Below are positions 11,277 to 23,974 of a DNA stretch of 64,000 bases, in pieces (position 1 is the first letter of the stretch; each line of letters opens with the position of its first letter). The DNA lies in NCBI GenBank assembly GCA_951406725.2, contig OX597816.1:112902001-112966000 (forward strand), in the 5' to 3' direction. Source of the DNA: Octopus vulgaris. Its lineage: Eukaryota. The notes beneath the pieces are model-generated. The model saw only the letters and a list, made by a program, of their open reading frames with translations. It was not told the DNA's origin and did not search any database. Position numbers and translations under genes: made by a program.

Positions 11277-12084
11277 GTTCAAGCTTCCACCACTAGAAGC
11301 CACTTGATGCAACCCTCAGGCATCAGTATCCCAGTTGGCAGTGTCAAGTGCAGTCCTACTGTTACATGGTGTGTCTTTGCTTTGCTGTGCTTCTCCCCTG
11401 TTTGTTGGTTTTTGAGATGGTTGAAACGAAGGAACAGCATGCTTCTATGAGATTCTGTTTTCTGCTGGGGAAAACGGCAGCTGCAACAGTTGTTATTCAT
11501 CGAACAGCTTACAAGGACACTGCCATGAGCAAAGTTTATGAGAGGTTTCCACACTTTGGGAATGGTCACTTGTCCCTTGAAGACCAGCCTTGTTCAGAGC
11601 ATCTATCAACCTCCTAAACGAATGAAAACATCATGAAAATTCATGAACTGATCTTGAAGGACCATTACCAAACAATTGACGGACTTGTTGATATGACTGC
11701 AGTGTTCTGGAGCTCCTGCCAACGAATTTTGAGTGAGGAATTGCAAATGCAAAGAGCTACTGCAAAACTTGCAACTTTTTCTGATCTTCTTTTAGCAAGT
11801 GAGGCACAATTGAATGCATGTCATGAACTGAAAGATCAGTTGGAAATGAAAACTGGTGCTACAGAATTTGCAGATGTGGAAGAGGCAAAATAAAAAATAG
11901 AATGGAAGCGTTAAAAGGCATCATTTTGCAAGAGTTACAGCACTGCTTTGAACACTAGAAAACATGTCTGGACTGATGCATTGCTTCAAATGGAGAATAC
12001 CTTGAAGACGATAAAAGTGTAAACATGTAAAACTAATTGAATTAAATAATATTGTAAAATTCCGGTTTCTTTTGTACCCCCCCG
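11277..12084 (+). mobile_element. Internally deleted mariner transposon fossil
   Basis: From ATG at 11417: EQHASMRFCFLLGKTAAAT...AYKDTAMSKVYE (mariner HTH), ILSEELQMQRATAK, C-terminal FADVEE...CFEH*K..D*CIASNGEYLE; right end ttccggtttcttttgtacccccccg followed by TA; catalytic middle missing. Confidence 0.85.
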
Positions 12085-12099
12085 TATATATATGTATAT

Positions 12100-12386
12100 C
12101 GTCATCATCATTTAATGTCCGTTTTCAGTGCGAGCATGGGTTGGACGGTTCGACCGGGGTCTGGGAAGCCAGGAAGCTGCACCAGGCTCCAGTCTGATCT
12201 GGCAGTGTTTCTATAGCTGGATGCCCTTCCTTACGCCAACCAGCCGTCTTGCAAGCCATGAACTCACTTCATTTGTCGGGTCTTCACAGTCACAGCATAT
12301 CTCCAGAGGTCACTGTCTTTCATCATTGCCTCTGTGAGGCCCAACGTTCGAAAGCCATGCTTGACCACCTCATCCCATGTCTTCCT

Positions 12387-12388
<2 letters not shown>
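12100..12388 (-). mobile_element. RTE LINE 3' fragment
   Basis: Encodes RKTWDEVVKHGFRTLGLTEAMMKDSDLWRYAV...*; 3' UTR with (GAT)n tail. Confidence 0.85.
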
Positions 12389-12440
<52 letters not shown>

Positions 12441-12449
<9 letters not shown>

Positions 12450-12652
12450 ACCGCGTGTGTATCGTTGGCAGTTTTTTTCCTCCGTCCTCCCTTCCTTGTG
12501 CATTTCCTTTTCCTATGTTTCTGACAAAGAGCTCCGCTCGAAACATTAAATCCTCCTCCTTTCTTTCCTTTCCTGAGCATCCAATAACACTATACTTGTT
12601 CCACGTCCTCGCGTTGTTGTGTTTTCTTTTTGTGTTTTCATGTTGGATTAAC
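12441..12652 (+). mobile_element. Penelope-like pLTR with minimal hammerhead motif, between (TA)n tracts
   Basis: tttCTGACAAaGAGCtccGCTCGAAACattaaa at 12518-12550; the 3' part recurs inverted at 61177-61292. Confidence 0.65.
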
Positions 12653-12709
12653 TATATATACATATATATATAGATGAGAAAGTTGTATATATGTATGTAT
12701 ATGCATGTG

Positions 12710-12955
12710 TATCTGTGTGTCTGTGTTTGTGCCCCATATCTTGACAAACGGCGTTGATGTGTTTACATCCCTGTAAGTTAGCAGTTCAGCAAAAAAGACA
12801 GATAGAATAATTATCAGGCTTTAGATGAAAAAAAAAAAAAAAGAAAATAATGATAATGACTGGGTTGATTCATTCAGCTAAAATTTATTCAAGATGGTGC
12901 TCCAGCATGGTCGCAGTCTAATGACTGAAACGAGTAAAAAGGAAAAGATAAAAGA
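12710..12955 (+). mobile_element. SINE family A, 3' half
   Basis: gtttacatccctgtaagttagcagttcagc...ggtgctccagcatggtcgcagtctaatgactgaaac. Confidence 0.8.
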
Positions 12956-13486
12956 CAGATGTGTAAATATGATTTGTAGATTAGAAAACAAACCAAGGAT
13001 GTACAAAGATGGTTAAAAGCTACCATTACTTCTAAGTGGAATTTAATGCAAAACTGATGGAGTGATAGTGGGATTTTAAATGATTTTTATCTTTCAATAA
13101 TTCTTTCGATAAAAAGGTTCTTAAGTTTGAGGAGGAGAGACTTACTCTATTATTGATTTTTGCTTGAGCATATATTTTTTCCCCTCTCTGCTTTTTTCTG
13201 CTTCAGATTAAGATGCTGGCACCAAACATCAGTTGGGGAACAAATATTTCATGCTGTGAAAAAATTCATGTTGAGAAGGTGCATGGAGGTGCATAGCTAT
13301 ACAAACCTGAAAAATGATCTTTAAACTGAATTGATGATAATAATCTGGGTTAGGATATGTTGAATGCTGAAAGAGTATTTCCGTGGATATGATACACAAA
13401 CAGATGTTTGGCTCTTTAAGATAACAGCTTCCTAATATTATTGTTTAGCTCCCAGTGCAACCTTGAACAAGTGCACCTTTGATTAA

Positions 13487-13907
13487 CTCTTTCAATATCT
13501 ATTTCTTTACTACCCACAAGGGGCTAAACACAGAGAGGACAGACAAACGGATTAAGTCGATTACATCAACCCCAGTGCGTAACTGGTACTTAATTTATCG
13601 ACCCCGAAAGGATGAAAGGCAAAGTCGACCTCGGCGGAATTTGAACTGCAAATGTAGCGGCAGACAAAGTACTGCAAAGCCTTTTGCCTGGCATGCTAAT
13701 GATTCTGCCAGCTCAGCGCCTCTTTCAATACCCACCAGCTTGAGGTTGCCTCTGGTTTTATGATTTAAGTGATCTTATTTAAAACCTTCCATTAAAATAT
13801 CACGTCACCTATGTTGCTAACACTGGGTTAATAATCACAAAAAAATTTAACTAAAGTTTTCGTTGTTTTCAGAATTAATGGGTCAATGACAGTGATAAAA
13901 AAAAGGG
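13487..13907. mobile_element. TTAA-flanked MITE interrupted by a family B SINE
   Basis: TTAA at 13483-13486 and 13908-13911; ends ctctttcaatacc... and ...aaaggg; same family as 7451-7672. Confidence 0.65.
13498..13719 (-). mobile_element. SINE family B with 11-bp TSD
   Basis: Full unit; ctctttcaata duplicated at 13487-13497 and 13720-13730. Confidence 0.9.
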
Positions 13908-14424
13908 TTAAAAGTATTCAAATACCAGCCCTGGCCTTCCTGTTTTTATTCCAACCTGGTATATCTAGATAGATACACATCAGTAGCCAAACATATTCTT
14001 TCTCTCTAAATAATTCATGTGTGATAAAAAGTGAGTTTGGCTGTTATTTCTTTTTCAAGGCTGAACAAGTATATACAAACCTCTGCTCTGATTGTGATAT
14101 TGTTAATTGTAGATTGCGTTTTACAAATGATGTAAAAACTATTTGGCTGGTTTTACTCATTTTTTTTTTCTTTTCCTTTGTAATAAAACATTATAGTGCC
14201 TAGATGGCTATTATTTGAAACAGAAATGATTTGAAGGAGAGAAAATTTTACTTCGATGTCAGAATACTGTAAAATAACTCGGCGCTTAAAACAGATTTGA
14301 AACACTGATCTTTTTTTAATGCATGTAAGAGTGGGATTACTGCCAAAATATCAGTCCGTGACCTAGGAATCAAAAGCAGAGGCCCGTTAATATCTGATTA
14401 TTGTTTTCTTCCCTATAATAACAA

Positions 14425-14772
14425 TAATAATAATAATAGTCTTTTTTACTGGAAGCACAAGGCATCAAATTTGGGGTAAAGGATTAAGTCGATTATATCG
14501 ACCCCGGTGCGTAACTGGTACTTATTTAATCGACCCTGAAAGGATGAAAGGCAAAGTTGACCTCGGCGGAATTTGAACTCAGAACGTAGCAACGGCCGAA
14601 ATACCACTAAGCATTTCGCCCAGCGTGCTAACGATTCTGCCCCATTCTACTACAGGCACAAAACCTGAAATTTAAGGGGAGGGGGTAGTCGATTACATCG
14701 ATCCCAGTGCTCAAACTGGTACTTTTTTTCTCGACCCCGAAAGGATGGGAAGCGAAGTCGACCTCAGCAGAA
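14425..14772 (-). mobile_element. SINE family B, two units
   Basis: tcgacccc...gtaactggtacttatttaatcgaccctgaaaggatgaaaggcaaagttgacctcggcggaatttgaactcag. Confidence 0.85.
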
Positions 14773-16639
14773 AATAATATAATTAATAAAAATTAATCAA
14801 TCTACTCTGAAAGGATCTTGTTCCCCAGGGGCCCTGTCTCACAAAATTTCTTGTGATGACACTCGTAATTTATTTCTTTCTTACTTTTAATTACAACTTC
14901 AACTTCAGCCAGAAGGAAAATTCACTTGTCCCTGTTTATATGCATGCACGGGAACGTATCTAATTAAGAAGTTTGTTTATGAAATCCCCAAGTCTCGGGC
15001 TATTGTAGTTTTAGGTTGACCTAAGCCTCGCGTGTGAAATTTGGTAAACAGAAACTGTTTGAAAGCTCGTTAGATGGGTTCTACATGTGAGTGACGGGTC
15101 GGTCCTCGTCCCACTCAGTGTCATACTGACACTGCATTGAATATTCCGTTTATGATACGAGTATCTACGGAATACTCAACCATTTGCCCTATATAATAGA
15201 ATGAGTAGGTGGTCCCGTTGATCAACGCGCCATTAATAGATTCATTCATTCATTCATCTTTTCGCTCATTCGTTCATTCGTTTGCGCGCCTCGCGTGAAT
15301 GCATGTGTATGTGTGTGTGTCTGCGCGCTCGTGGTTCTATGTGCGTGTGTGCACGCACGCTCGTGGTTCTGTTTGTATGTATGCGTGTGTGTGTGTGTGT
15401 GTGTTATAGTTGTGCGTAAACACAAGAATTAAGCAGAAAGTAAACACTAGTGTTTCGTCGTTCCTGTTTAGTAAACAGGGCAGAGCAGGGTTCTGTACCT
15501 TTACCGCAAATTCAAGCAAACACACTCACACACACATGTATGTATACACGAGTTGACGGTACAAACAAAGTCACTCCTCTCCAACAGCGATGTCAACACC
15601 TTATTTATTTAGCTAAGGTGATTCATAAGTAATCTTCCATAACACATAATAAAACAAAACCGAGAAAGATTACTTGTCAATACATAGGTGTGTGTGTGTG
15701 TGTGTACATACGGATATATGTAAACACATGCAATTTGTATGAAAACGTTACATCGGATTTTTTCTCTTTCACTTTTTCTTTTATTTGGATCATTTTTCTT
15801 TCTTCCATTAAATGCATCATATTGAGAGAAAGTACACAAATTCCTACGAACATTAGCAATTTTCTCCTCTTATTAAACAAACCAAATTTTTTCCAGCAAA
15901 CAAAATCTTTAATTAACGTCTCTTTAAGTCGGGGGTATAAAGTAATTACACAGTTGCCTCCCTTACACCATGTCCCTTTGCCTTACTGCAGACAGAACAA
16001 GCCGGCTTGCTACTGCACTAACTTTCTCTTTTAATGCCATCCACTAAAAGTTTCTATCAAAGGCATTCCTTACCACTGTGGTATATTATCATATCATCGT
16101 ACTACCTGTTGGGGGTTTCCTGTTGAATTATTGCTAGTTGTTGGGTTGGTCAGTTGAGTGGTTGTTTGGTTGATCAGTTGGTTGCACAACAACGAACTAT
16201 ATTATTAATATCAATATTTTTTCGATCGTTGGAAACGGCTAAAAATAATTTGTCATCATCATTTGCATGGAAGCATGACGCAGGTAGACGGACAATAAAA
16301 GAGATTTCAGGTAATTAATTAAAACTTTGAATTTAAAAAGGATAAAAAAAATGTATAGAACTAATTTTCAATTTCAGTTGATCATGTTATAACGTATTGA
16401 CATATATATATCTAAAGTCGAATACTTTATATATATATACACACACACACACACGCACACACACCCACACACACATATATGTGTATTTGTGCGTGTGTGT
16501 ATATATAAATGTGTATGTGTTTGTGCGTACACACACGTACACATATATAATTAAGAAATTAAAGATGTGTGTGGGTGCGTGTATGTTTATGCAAAATTAA
16601 AATGCATATATATATATATATGTGTGTGTTTGAATATGT

Positions 16640-16715
<76 letters not shown>

Positions 16716-17269
16716 TTGTATGTATTGAAATGGGTGTTTATAGGTATGTATTGCATGTTAGCTTAAAGATGAATAAAATTATTTAAAAAATACTTGATTA
16801 AGAAAATAATGATTCTGCTATATCTTTCGAGGGGGTCATTTGGAATGCCATCAGGTCGTTGTAGTTTATACATTTCTTGTTTGCTTTTATTCTGTTATCA
16901 ATGTACTTAATTAAACTTTCTCATACGCACCATACCCGAGTTAATTAGTTTTGCTACCTGTTTTAAATTAATGTGAATATTTGTTTTGAGAACTATTGTG
17001 TTTTAAAAAATCGCTTGTGTTTGCATCCCAAATGTAACGAAATTAAAGAAAGCTCTTTTCGCAACTTAAACAATGAAATAATAATAAAATGTTGACAAAA
17101 ATGTGTTGTGTTTATTGAGTAAATGGTGACGTTGTTGTATTTATTTAATATCATCCGTTATTGACAAGAGGAACCGTATTCACAGTTTAAGGTGAATATC
17201 TCCGCAATGAGACTGGCTGTATGCGCTAATTGCTACTGTAATCAAAATAAATTTGATAACAAGCGTAAC

Positions 17270-18770
17270 GGTTACTTTTAATTGAGGTACAAGGCCAGTA
17301 ATATTGAAGGGAAGGGATTAATCGATATTATCGATTGTATTACTTAACCGTTTCTTTATTTTATCAACTCCGAAGGGACGAAATGCAAAGTTAACCACGG
17401 CGTGATTTGAACTTAACACAACTACCTTCCTATGGGCACAAGCATAAATTCTTTCTTTTTCCTTTTTTTGCGGGGTGGGGGGAATTGAGACAAGTCTATT
17501 TACACCGATTCCGACTGGTAATTACTTTATCGACCCCGAAAGATTGAAAAGAAGAATAAAAAAAACAACCAATCTAGGTGGGATTTGAACACAGAAGATA
17601 GTGAGAAACGAATTGTTATTTAGCGTTTTCGTCCGGTGTGCTAACAATATTGCCAGTTCGCTGTATTGGAAGCATTATTCTCAAAATAACTATAATAATA
17701 ACAGTCACTTCTACAAGCACAGCAATTTTGTGTGGGGAGGGTAAATCTGTTACTATCGACTCCAGTATTTGACCGATACTTTATTTTATCGACCTCAAAT
17801 AAATGACTGGCAAAGTTGATCTCGGCAGGATTTGAACTCGGAACTAAGAGAACTGGAACGAATGCTTCAAAGCATTTGTTCCCGACCGATTCTACCAGCT
17901 CGTCACCTTAACAACAACATTAATTTTCCTTCTACTATAAGAACAAGGTATAAAACTTGGGATAAGGGGGTCTGGTCGTTTTTATCGACTGGCATTTATT
18001 TCATCACTTCAGAAACAATGAAATGCGCAAGTCGACTGCAGTGGAATTTGAACTCAGACTGTAAAGACGGACGAAATGCCACTAAGCATTCCTTCTGACG
18101 TGCTAACGATTCTGCCAGCTCGTCACCTTAACAACAGCAACAACAATAACGGTTTCTGATTAGGCACAAAGCCAGCAATTTTTAGGGGATGGTCGGGTTG
18201 TTCGATACCTATTTCTTTACTACCCACAAGGGGCTAAACACAGAGGGGACAAAGACAGACAAACGGTTTAAGTCGATTACATCGACCCCAGTGCGTAACT
18301 GGTACTTAATTTATCGACCCCGAAAGGATGAAAGGTAAAGTCGACCTCGGCAGAATTTGAACTCAGAACATAATGCCAGACGAAATACGGCTACGCATTT
18401 CGCCCGGCGTGCTAACGTTTCTGCCAGCTCGCCACCAACGATCCCAGTACTTAATCGCCTCGTTATTTTAGCAACCCCGAAGGGATGATAAGCAAAGTTG
18501 GCCTCAGTGTAATTTGTACTCAACTCAATAATAATGTTAACGGTTGCTTCTAATTAAGACACAATGCCAGTAATTTTGAAAAAAAACAAAAAAAAAAACG
18601 AGTTAGTTGATTAGCAGTAACACCAATATTTTGACTGGTTCTCTATTTTATCGGCCCGGAAAGGAGGAATGGCAGAGTTGGCCTCAGCAGGATTGGAACT
18701 CAGATCTCAAAGAGCCAGAACAACTACTGCAAGTCATTTTTCTTTTCCGAGTCTTTAATGATGCCAAAAG
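17270..18770 (-). mobile_element. Array of ~7 co-oriented SINE family B units of differing divergence
   Basis: Recurring atcgaccccgaaag...caaagt...ggatttgaactc core; least diverged unit at 18208-18434. Confidence 0.8.
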
Positions 18771-19822
18771 CCAAATAATTAATATTTAAAAATACCAAAA
18801 GACTCGTTGCGTATCTTATATTTCCGATCTGTACATATGCATGCACACACACACGCAGGTATACACACACACGCACACTACTTCATCACATGTATGTCAC
18901 CGATCGTTTTTACAAATTTATTTGTCCCTTTCAGTTTTACTGCGAAAAGTTTATTTTTCTCTCCTTTTGCATTCTATAAGAGTGTGCTCAACATGGCAAC
19001 GGTATGCCTCACTCGCCCACTCTCACTCATTGTCTGTCTGTCTATCTTTCTACCTATCTCTGTCTTATCTCCATATCGGTCTATCTACCTACCTATCTCT
19101 CTCACTCTGATTTTAACAGTGGACCATTTCCTGTTTCCTCACCCCCACCACCTACACACACACTCCTAGAGACACAAGCGCGCGCGCACACACACACACA
19201 CCTGATAGTATCCAAAGTGGTTTGAAACAACAGGTGTCAGGTGAACACTGTTATTTGAAGGAGTAAAAAAAAAGGATTTAAGTGGATATAATTTTTGGAT
19301 TCTATATTATTATTATTATTATTATTTATTTGCTCTGATTACAGATTACTGGTGTTACACTGATATTATCATATAACTCCGCCATTCAATTTTCTTTACT
19401 TTTTCTTTCTCTCATTTCTTTAAACAATATATCTCTATTGGTTTGTGCTGAAATTGTTAGATTAAACTACATTTTTCCCCACTTCAACCTCTGCTAAACA
19501 TGTTTCAACTGGCTGAGACAGCAAAATGCTGACTTGTCATTTCTTTCTCTTCAGCAAATAAAAGCTATCTGGTACTATATAACAAAACAACATTCTCTCT
19601 CTCTCTCTCACTGATCCTGGATATTTTGTGAGAAAACTGAATTGTTTAATCTAGCAGCATATTTTTAACATAAGAAGTTAACTGGCCATGCTTTCTCTCT
19701 ACTGAATTCATCATATTGCATTATGTAGTACCTAGGTAAACCCCATTTTTTATCAACGTATTTGAAATCCAGGGATAAGGTTCAGCTGGAATGCCAGTCC
19801 AAGGCCTGCAGAAAGAAGCACC

Positions 19823-20263
19823 GGATCTTTTCGGTTTGAACGGCAGTTTTTTAAAATAATTTCCACGTAACTAAACACTTTTAAACTTTGTATACTGGTA
19901 GAATGTGTTTATAAAACATCTTTTTCTCTTGGCTTTATTGAGAAAATTCTATAGTTTGTAAGATATTTGTTGTTTTTTTCCTTCAATTTCTGCAATTTCA
20001 ACTAATCAATGACGTCTATTGAGGGGAAAACATTCTGTACCGTATGAATATGTCCCTCGTTTAAGAAACAGATTGGGTTTATTTACATTTCTGAAGAAAA
20101 GAAGATACCCTTCCCCCCACCCCTAACCCTAACTAACCCTAACCCTAACTAACCCTAACCCTAAAACAGATTGAAATACAATAGATCGATACTAGTCATG
20201 ATTATGGGTGACAATTTCATATGACACCGCTAGAAAAAACTGTCGTTCAAACCGAAAAGATCC
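19823..20263. mobile_element. 441-bp non-autonomous TIR element with internal telomere-type repeats
   Basis: 30-bp TIRs ggatcttttcggtttgaacggcagtttttt (19823-19852) and 20234-20263, 1 mismatch; flanked by an 85-bp direct duplication. Confidence 0.9.
20121..20164. repeat. Interstitial (CCCTAA)n telomere-like repeat
   Basis: ccctaaccctaactaa x2 plus ccctaaccctaa. Confidence 0.9.
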
Positions 20264-20989
20264 AAACCCCATTTTATATCAACTTATTTGAAATCCAGGG
20301 ACAAGGTTCAGCTGGAATGCCAGTCCAAGGCCTGCAGAAAGAAGCACCAATAACAGGCCCGTCAGCATCAGATGGGGCTCTCCAAAAAAGGGGGGAGGTG
20401 GTGGTGGTGGTAATAAAATAAACCTTAGAACCTGCTTTAATTCTGAGAGGACCTCTCCTCCATACTCTCAGCATGTGAAAGCAACCTTGTTCCACTTTGC
20501 AAAATGTCTCTCAAAGACCCTGATGAGACTGTCTCTAGTTTTCCTTGATACAGAAACTTCCCGTTTCTAAAATGTTCATATTTAAATTGAAGCCATCCAT
20601 CATTTTGCCAATTATCTTCTAAACACTGACTTAATAATGAAACTGTTATTTAATTAAATCCTTCCAAATTCTTCATTATTTGCAAAATTAATGAAAACAC
20701 ATTGGCTGTATACTTTGTTAGAATAATGTCCATGAAAGAATTAAATGTTCCACAAGAATATCTTTTGTTTTGTTTTTTATTTTTATTTTGTCCTCTGTTT
20801 CTTCGACATGCAGCACTTACTTCCTATCTTTTGAACAAAATCAATCATTCTGTAAAAATTATGAATTATTAAAGCATTGGACAACCAACTATGTGCTTTT
20901 CAATCACATCCCTTTATGTTTTGAGTTCATATCCCACCCTAGTATACATACCATCTTCTTTCTTTGAAAGATGCCTAAAAGAGATATCT

Positions 20990-21315
20990 GGCACAGGTGT
21001 GGCCATGTGGTAAGAAATTTGCTTCCCAACCACATGGTTCTGAGTTCAGTCTCTTTGCATAGCACCTTAGGCAAGTGTCTTCTACCATAGCCTCAGGCCA
21101 ACCAAAGCCTTGTGATTGGATTTAGGTAGATGGAAACTGAAAGAAGCCCATCATATATACAAGGGTGCAGGAGTGGCTGTGTGGTAAGTAGATTGCTTAT
21201 GAACCACATGGTTCTGGGTTCTGTCCTGTTACATGGCACCTTGGGCAAGTGTCTTCTACTATAGCTTTGGGCCTTTTGAGTGGATTTGGATAACGGAAAC
21301 TGAAAGAATCCCATC

Positions 21316-21354
<39 letters not shown>

Positions 21355-21561
21355 TATGTTTGTCCCCCCACCACCACCACCCCCATTGCTTGACAACAGA
21401 TGCTGGTGCATTTAAGTCCCCGTAACTTAGCAGTTCAGCAAAAAGAGACTGATGGAATAAGTACTAGGTTTACAAAGAATAAGTCCTGGGCTCGATTTGT
21501 TCAGCTAAAGGCGGTGCTCCAGCATGGCCGCAGTCAAATGACTGAAACAAATAAAAGAGTA
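20990..21561 (+). mobile_element. SINE family A: head fragment (20990-21152) plus full copy (21163-21561)
   Basis: Aligns with 3466-3860; internal (TG)n. Confidence 0.9.
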
Positions 21562-21570
21562 AAAAAAGTA

Positions 21571-21716
21571 AAAGGGGATGCTGAAAAGTTCCTGGCTTTA
21601 GATACCAAAAAAAGATCAGTTAATTATAATTTCATTTAACATATTTTCCTCTCAGATTCACACATTTATTGTGGCGGTCCTTCAGTTTTTTTAAGCCTAG
21701 TAAGAGAACTCAGAAG
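21571..21716. mobile_element. Mariner-like terminal fragment
   Basis: aggggatgctgaaaagttcctggctt resembles a mariner TIR; no partner end found. Confidence 0.45.
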
Positions 21717-21719
21717 GTG

Positions 21720-21935
21720 TGTGTGTCTTTTCATCTGTGTTTGTCCCCCACTACCACCACTTGATAACTTGTGTTGGTGTGTTTATGTCCCTGTAACTTA
21801 GCAGTTTGGCAATAGAATAAGTACCAGCCTTAAAAGAAAAAAAAAAATACTGGGTTCAATTCAATTGACTAAAATTTCTTCAAGGTAGTGCCCCAGCTTG
21901 GCCACAGTATAATGACTGAAACAAGTAGAAAAAAA
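21720..21935 (+). mobile_element. SINE family A, 3' half
   Basis: tttgtccccc...gtaacttagcagtttggc...aatgactgaaacaagta. Confidence 0.8.
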
Positions 21936-22035
21936 AAAACCTGTGAAAAGAGGTTCCATATTTTCCAGTCAAATTTTTTAGACTAGAATTTACTGCCAAA
22001 ACAGGTATGTTGACTTATACACCAAGGTGACTCTG

Positions 22036-22437
22036 AAGGCGGCGAGCTGGCAGAAACAGTAGCATGCCGGGCAAAATGCTTAGCGGTATTTCCTCTGCTG
22101 TTACGTTCTGAGTTCAAACTCCGCCGAGGTCAACTTTGCCTTTCATCCTTTCGGGGTCGATAAATTAAGTACCAGTTCTGCACTGGAGTCAATGTAATCG
22201 ACTTAATCCATCTGTCTGTCCTTAATCCATCTGTGTTTAGCCCCTTGTGGGTAGTAAAGAAATAGGTATTTTGTCTGCTGTTACGTTCTGAGTTCAAACT
22301 CTGCCAAGGTCAATTTTGCCTTTCATCCTTTTAGGGTCAATAAACTAAGTACCAGTTACGCATTGGGGTCGATGTAATCGACTTAATCCCTTTGTTTGTC
22401 CCCTCTATGTTTAGCCCCTTGTGGGCAATAAAGAAAT
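22036..22437 (+). mobile_element. SINE family B with duplicated core and tail (dimer)
   Basis: Head-core-tail followed by a second core-tail; aaggtgact.t.aagg on both flanks (TSD-like). Confidence 0.9.
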
Positions 22438-23072
22438 AAGGTGACTGTAAAGGACCAGTAATTCCATGCGAAATACAGCAGGATTCAGAAAAATGGTGAC
22501 AATGTTTGAATGTTTGCACCACATATTTACACCATCATGCTACATTGACTTCTTATAAGCCAAAAAATTCAGTACTTCTGTCAATGCAATTACCTTTAAC
22601 TTAGAAGGGCTACATCCCAAAATGGTCTCACTCTAATGACAGACAGCAATAAAGGAATAAATGAAAAAATGTTTTCTTCAGGTTGAGGAGCAAATCCACC
22701 TACTTGCTGCAAAACATTTTATGTACAATATTTCTTTTCCTTGTTTTATAGAAATCTATCATCATAACCTCAACTAAATTCCGAAACCAACTACTTTTCT
22801 ATATATATGATGTATTCCTTCTTTGTTCAGCATTTCTAACATCTTCCTCTTGTTATCCTCTTCAACATACCACTCACCTGAGGGTTGTGTCATACCTTTA
22901 CATATTATTAGTATTATTATTATTATTATTAGTCCAGTTTTAAGATAGATCCTTGGTTATTCGTAAATCTTTCTCCAAACCTTTTATTCAAATCTTCTTT
23001 TTCATTGTGCGACATTGCATAAGCCCTGCAGTCTATGATAGGAACAATCCAAATTTAACAAGAACTGTCTGT

Positions 23073-23103
<31 letters not shown>

Positions 23104-23974
23104 GCATACACACCTACATATATATATATATACACATACATACATATCTACATATATATATATATATATACATACCCACACATATATATATACATACATA
23201 TCTACATATATCATCATCATAGTTTAACATCCGTTCTCCATGCTAGCATACATACATACATACATATCTACATATATATATATTGATGTTGATGATGATC
23301 TAGCGATTTCTACAATTGCAGTCCTTGTGTTTCTTTTATCCTCATTGCCACACAGCATCATGTTTGACATATCTATCAAACAATTGCATATATTCTCACA
23401 AACATGCAATATAAATAATAATAATCCCATAAATATCAACAGAAACTCTAATTTTCTGCCAACCACTCTGAACCACAAGCTCCTACTACTTCTAAGATTG
23501 CGAACCACTCTCAATCTTATTATTATTATTATTATTCCTGTGGACGGTCTTTACACCTGTTCTTTTTGTTATGAATATCGAGAATGTATTAGGATTTTGA
23601 GTTTTATAGCTTATAACATTTATCATTTTTGCTTATGTAATTGCTGTCATATATTGTAATTTTGCTATAGCTCAGTCTTGTCAAATATTGTTTTACTTCT
23701 GCTCATATCTATCTCAGTTGATATTCCTCATGACAGCTTCAAGTTCTTTTTCTCTGTGTGTGATAAATTGTGAATTCACTTCATATGTTTATATACATAT
23801 ATGTATGTGTATATATATATATTATATATATGTACATACATACATATACTGTGTTGCTTTATGTAAAATTCTTTCTATCTTCACTTTTCTCTATCCTGAA
23901 TTTCAGGTATCGACAACAGCATGTAAATAGATATGAAAATGCTATGCAACCATTAATCTCTTGTTGCTTTGCAT

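Larger units (their letters stand above)
14250..19250. promoter_or_regulatory. CpG-retaining domain, possible unmethylated promoter region
   Basis: Visibly more CG dinucleotides (e.g. 15280-15365, 19178-19186) than flanks, including in unique sequence; judged by eye, not counted. Confidence 0.35.

Noticed and set aside
20520-20560. CTGATGA hammerhead-like start (also at 50971)
   Set aside because: No correctly placed GAAA after a stem II, and no stem I or III
23907-23922. Possible 16-nt exon after a good pyrimidine tract
   Set aside because: Weak donor (CAT|GTAAAT) and no other support
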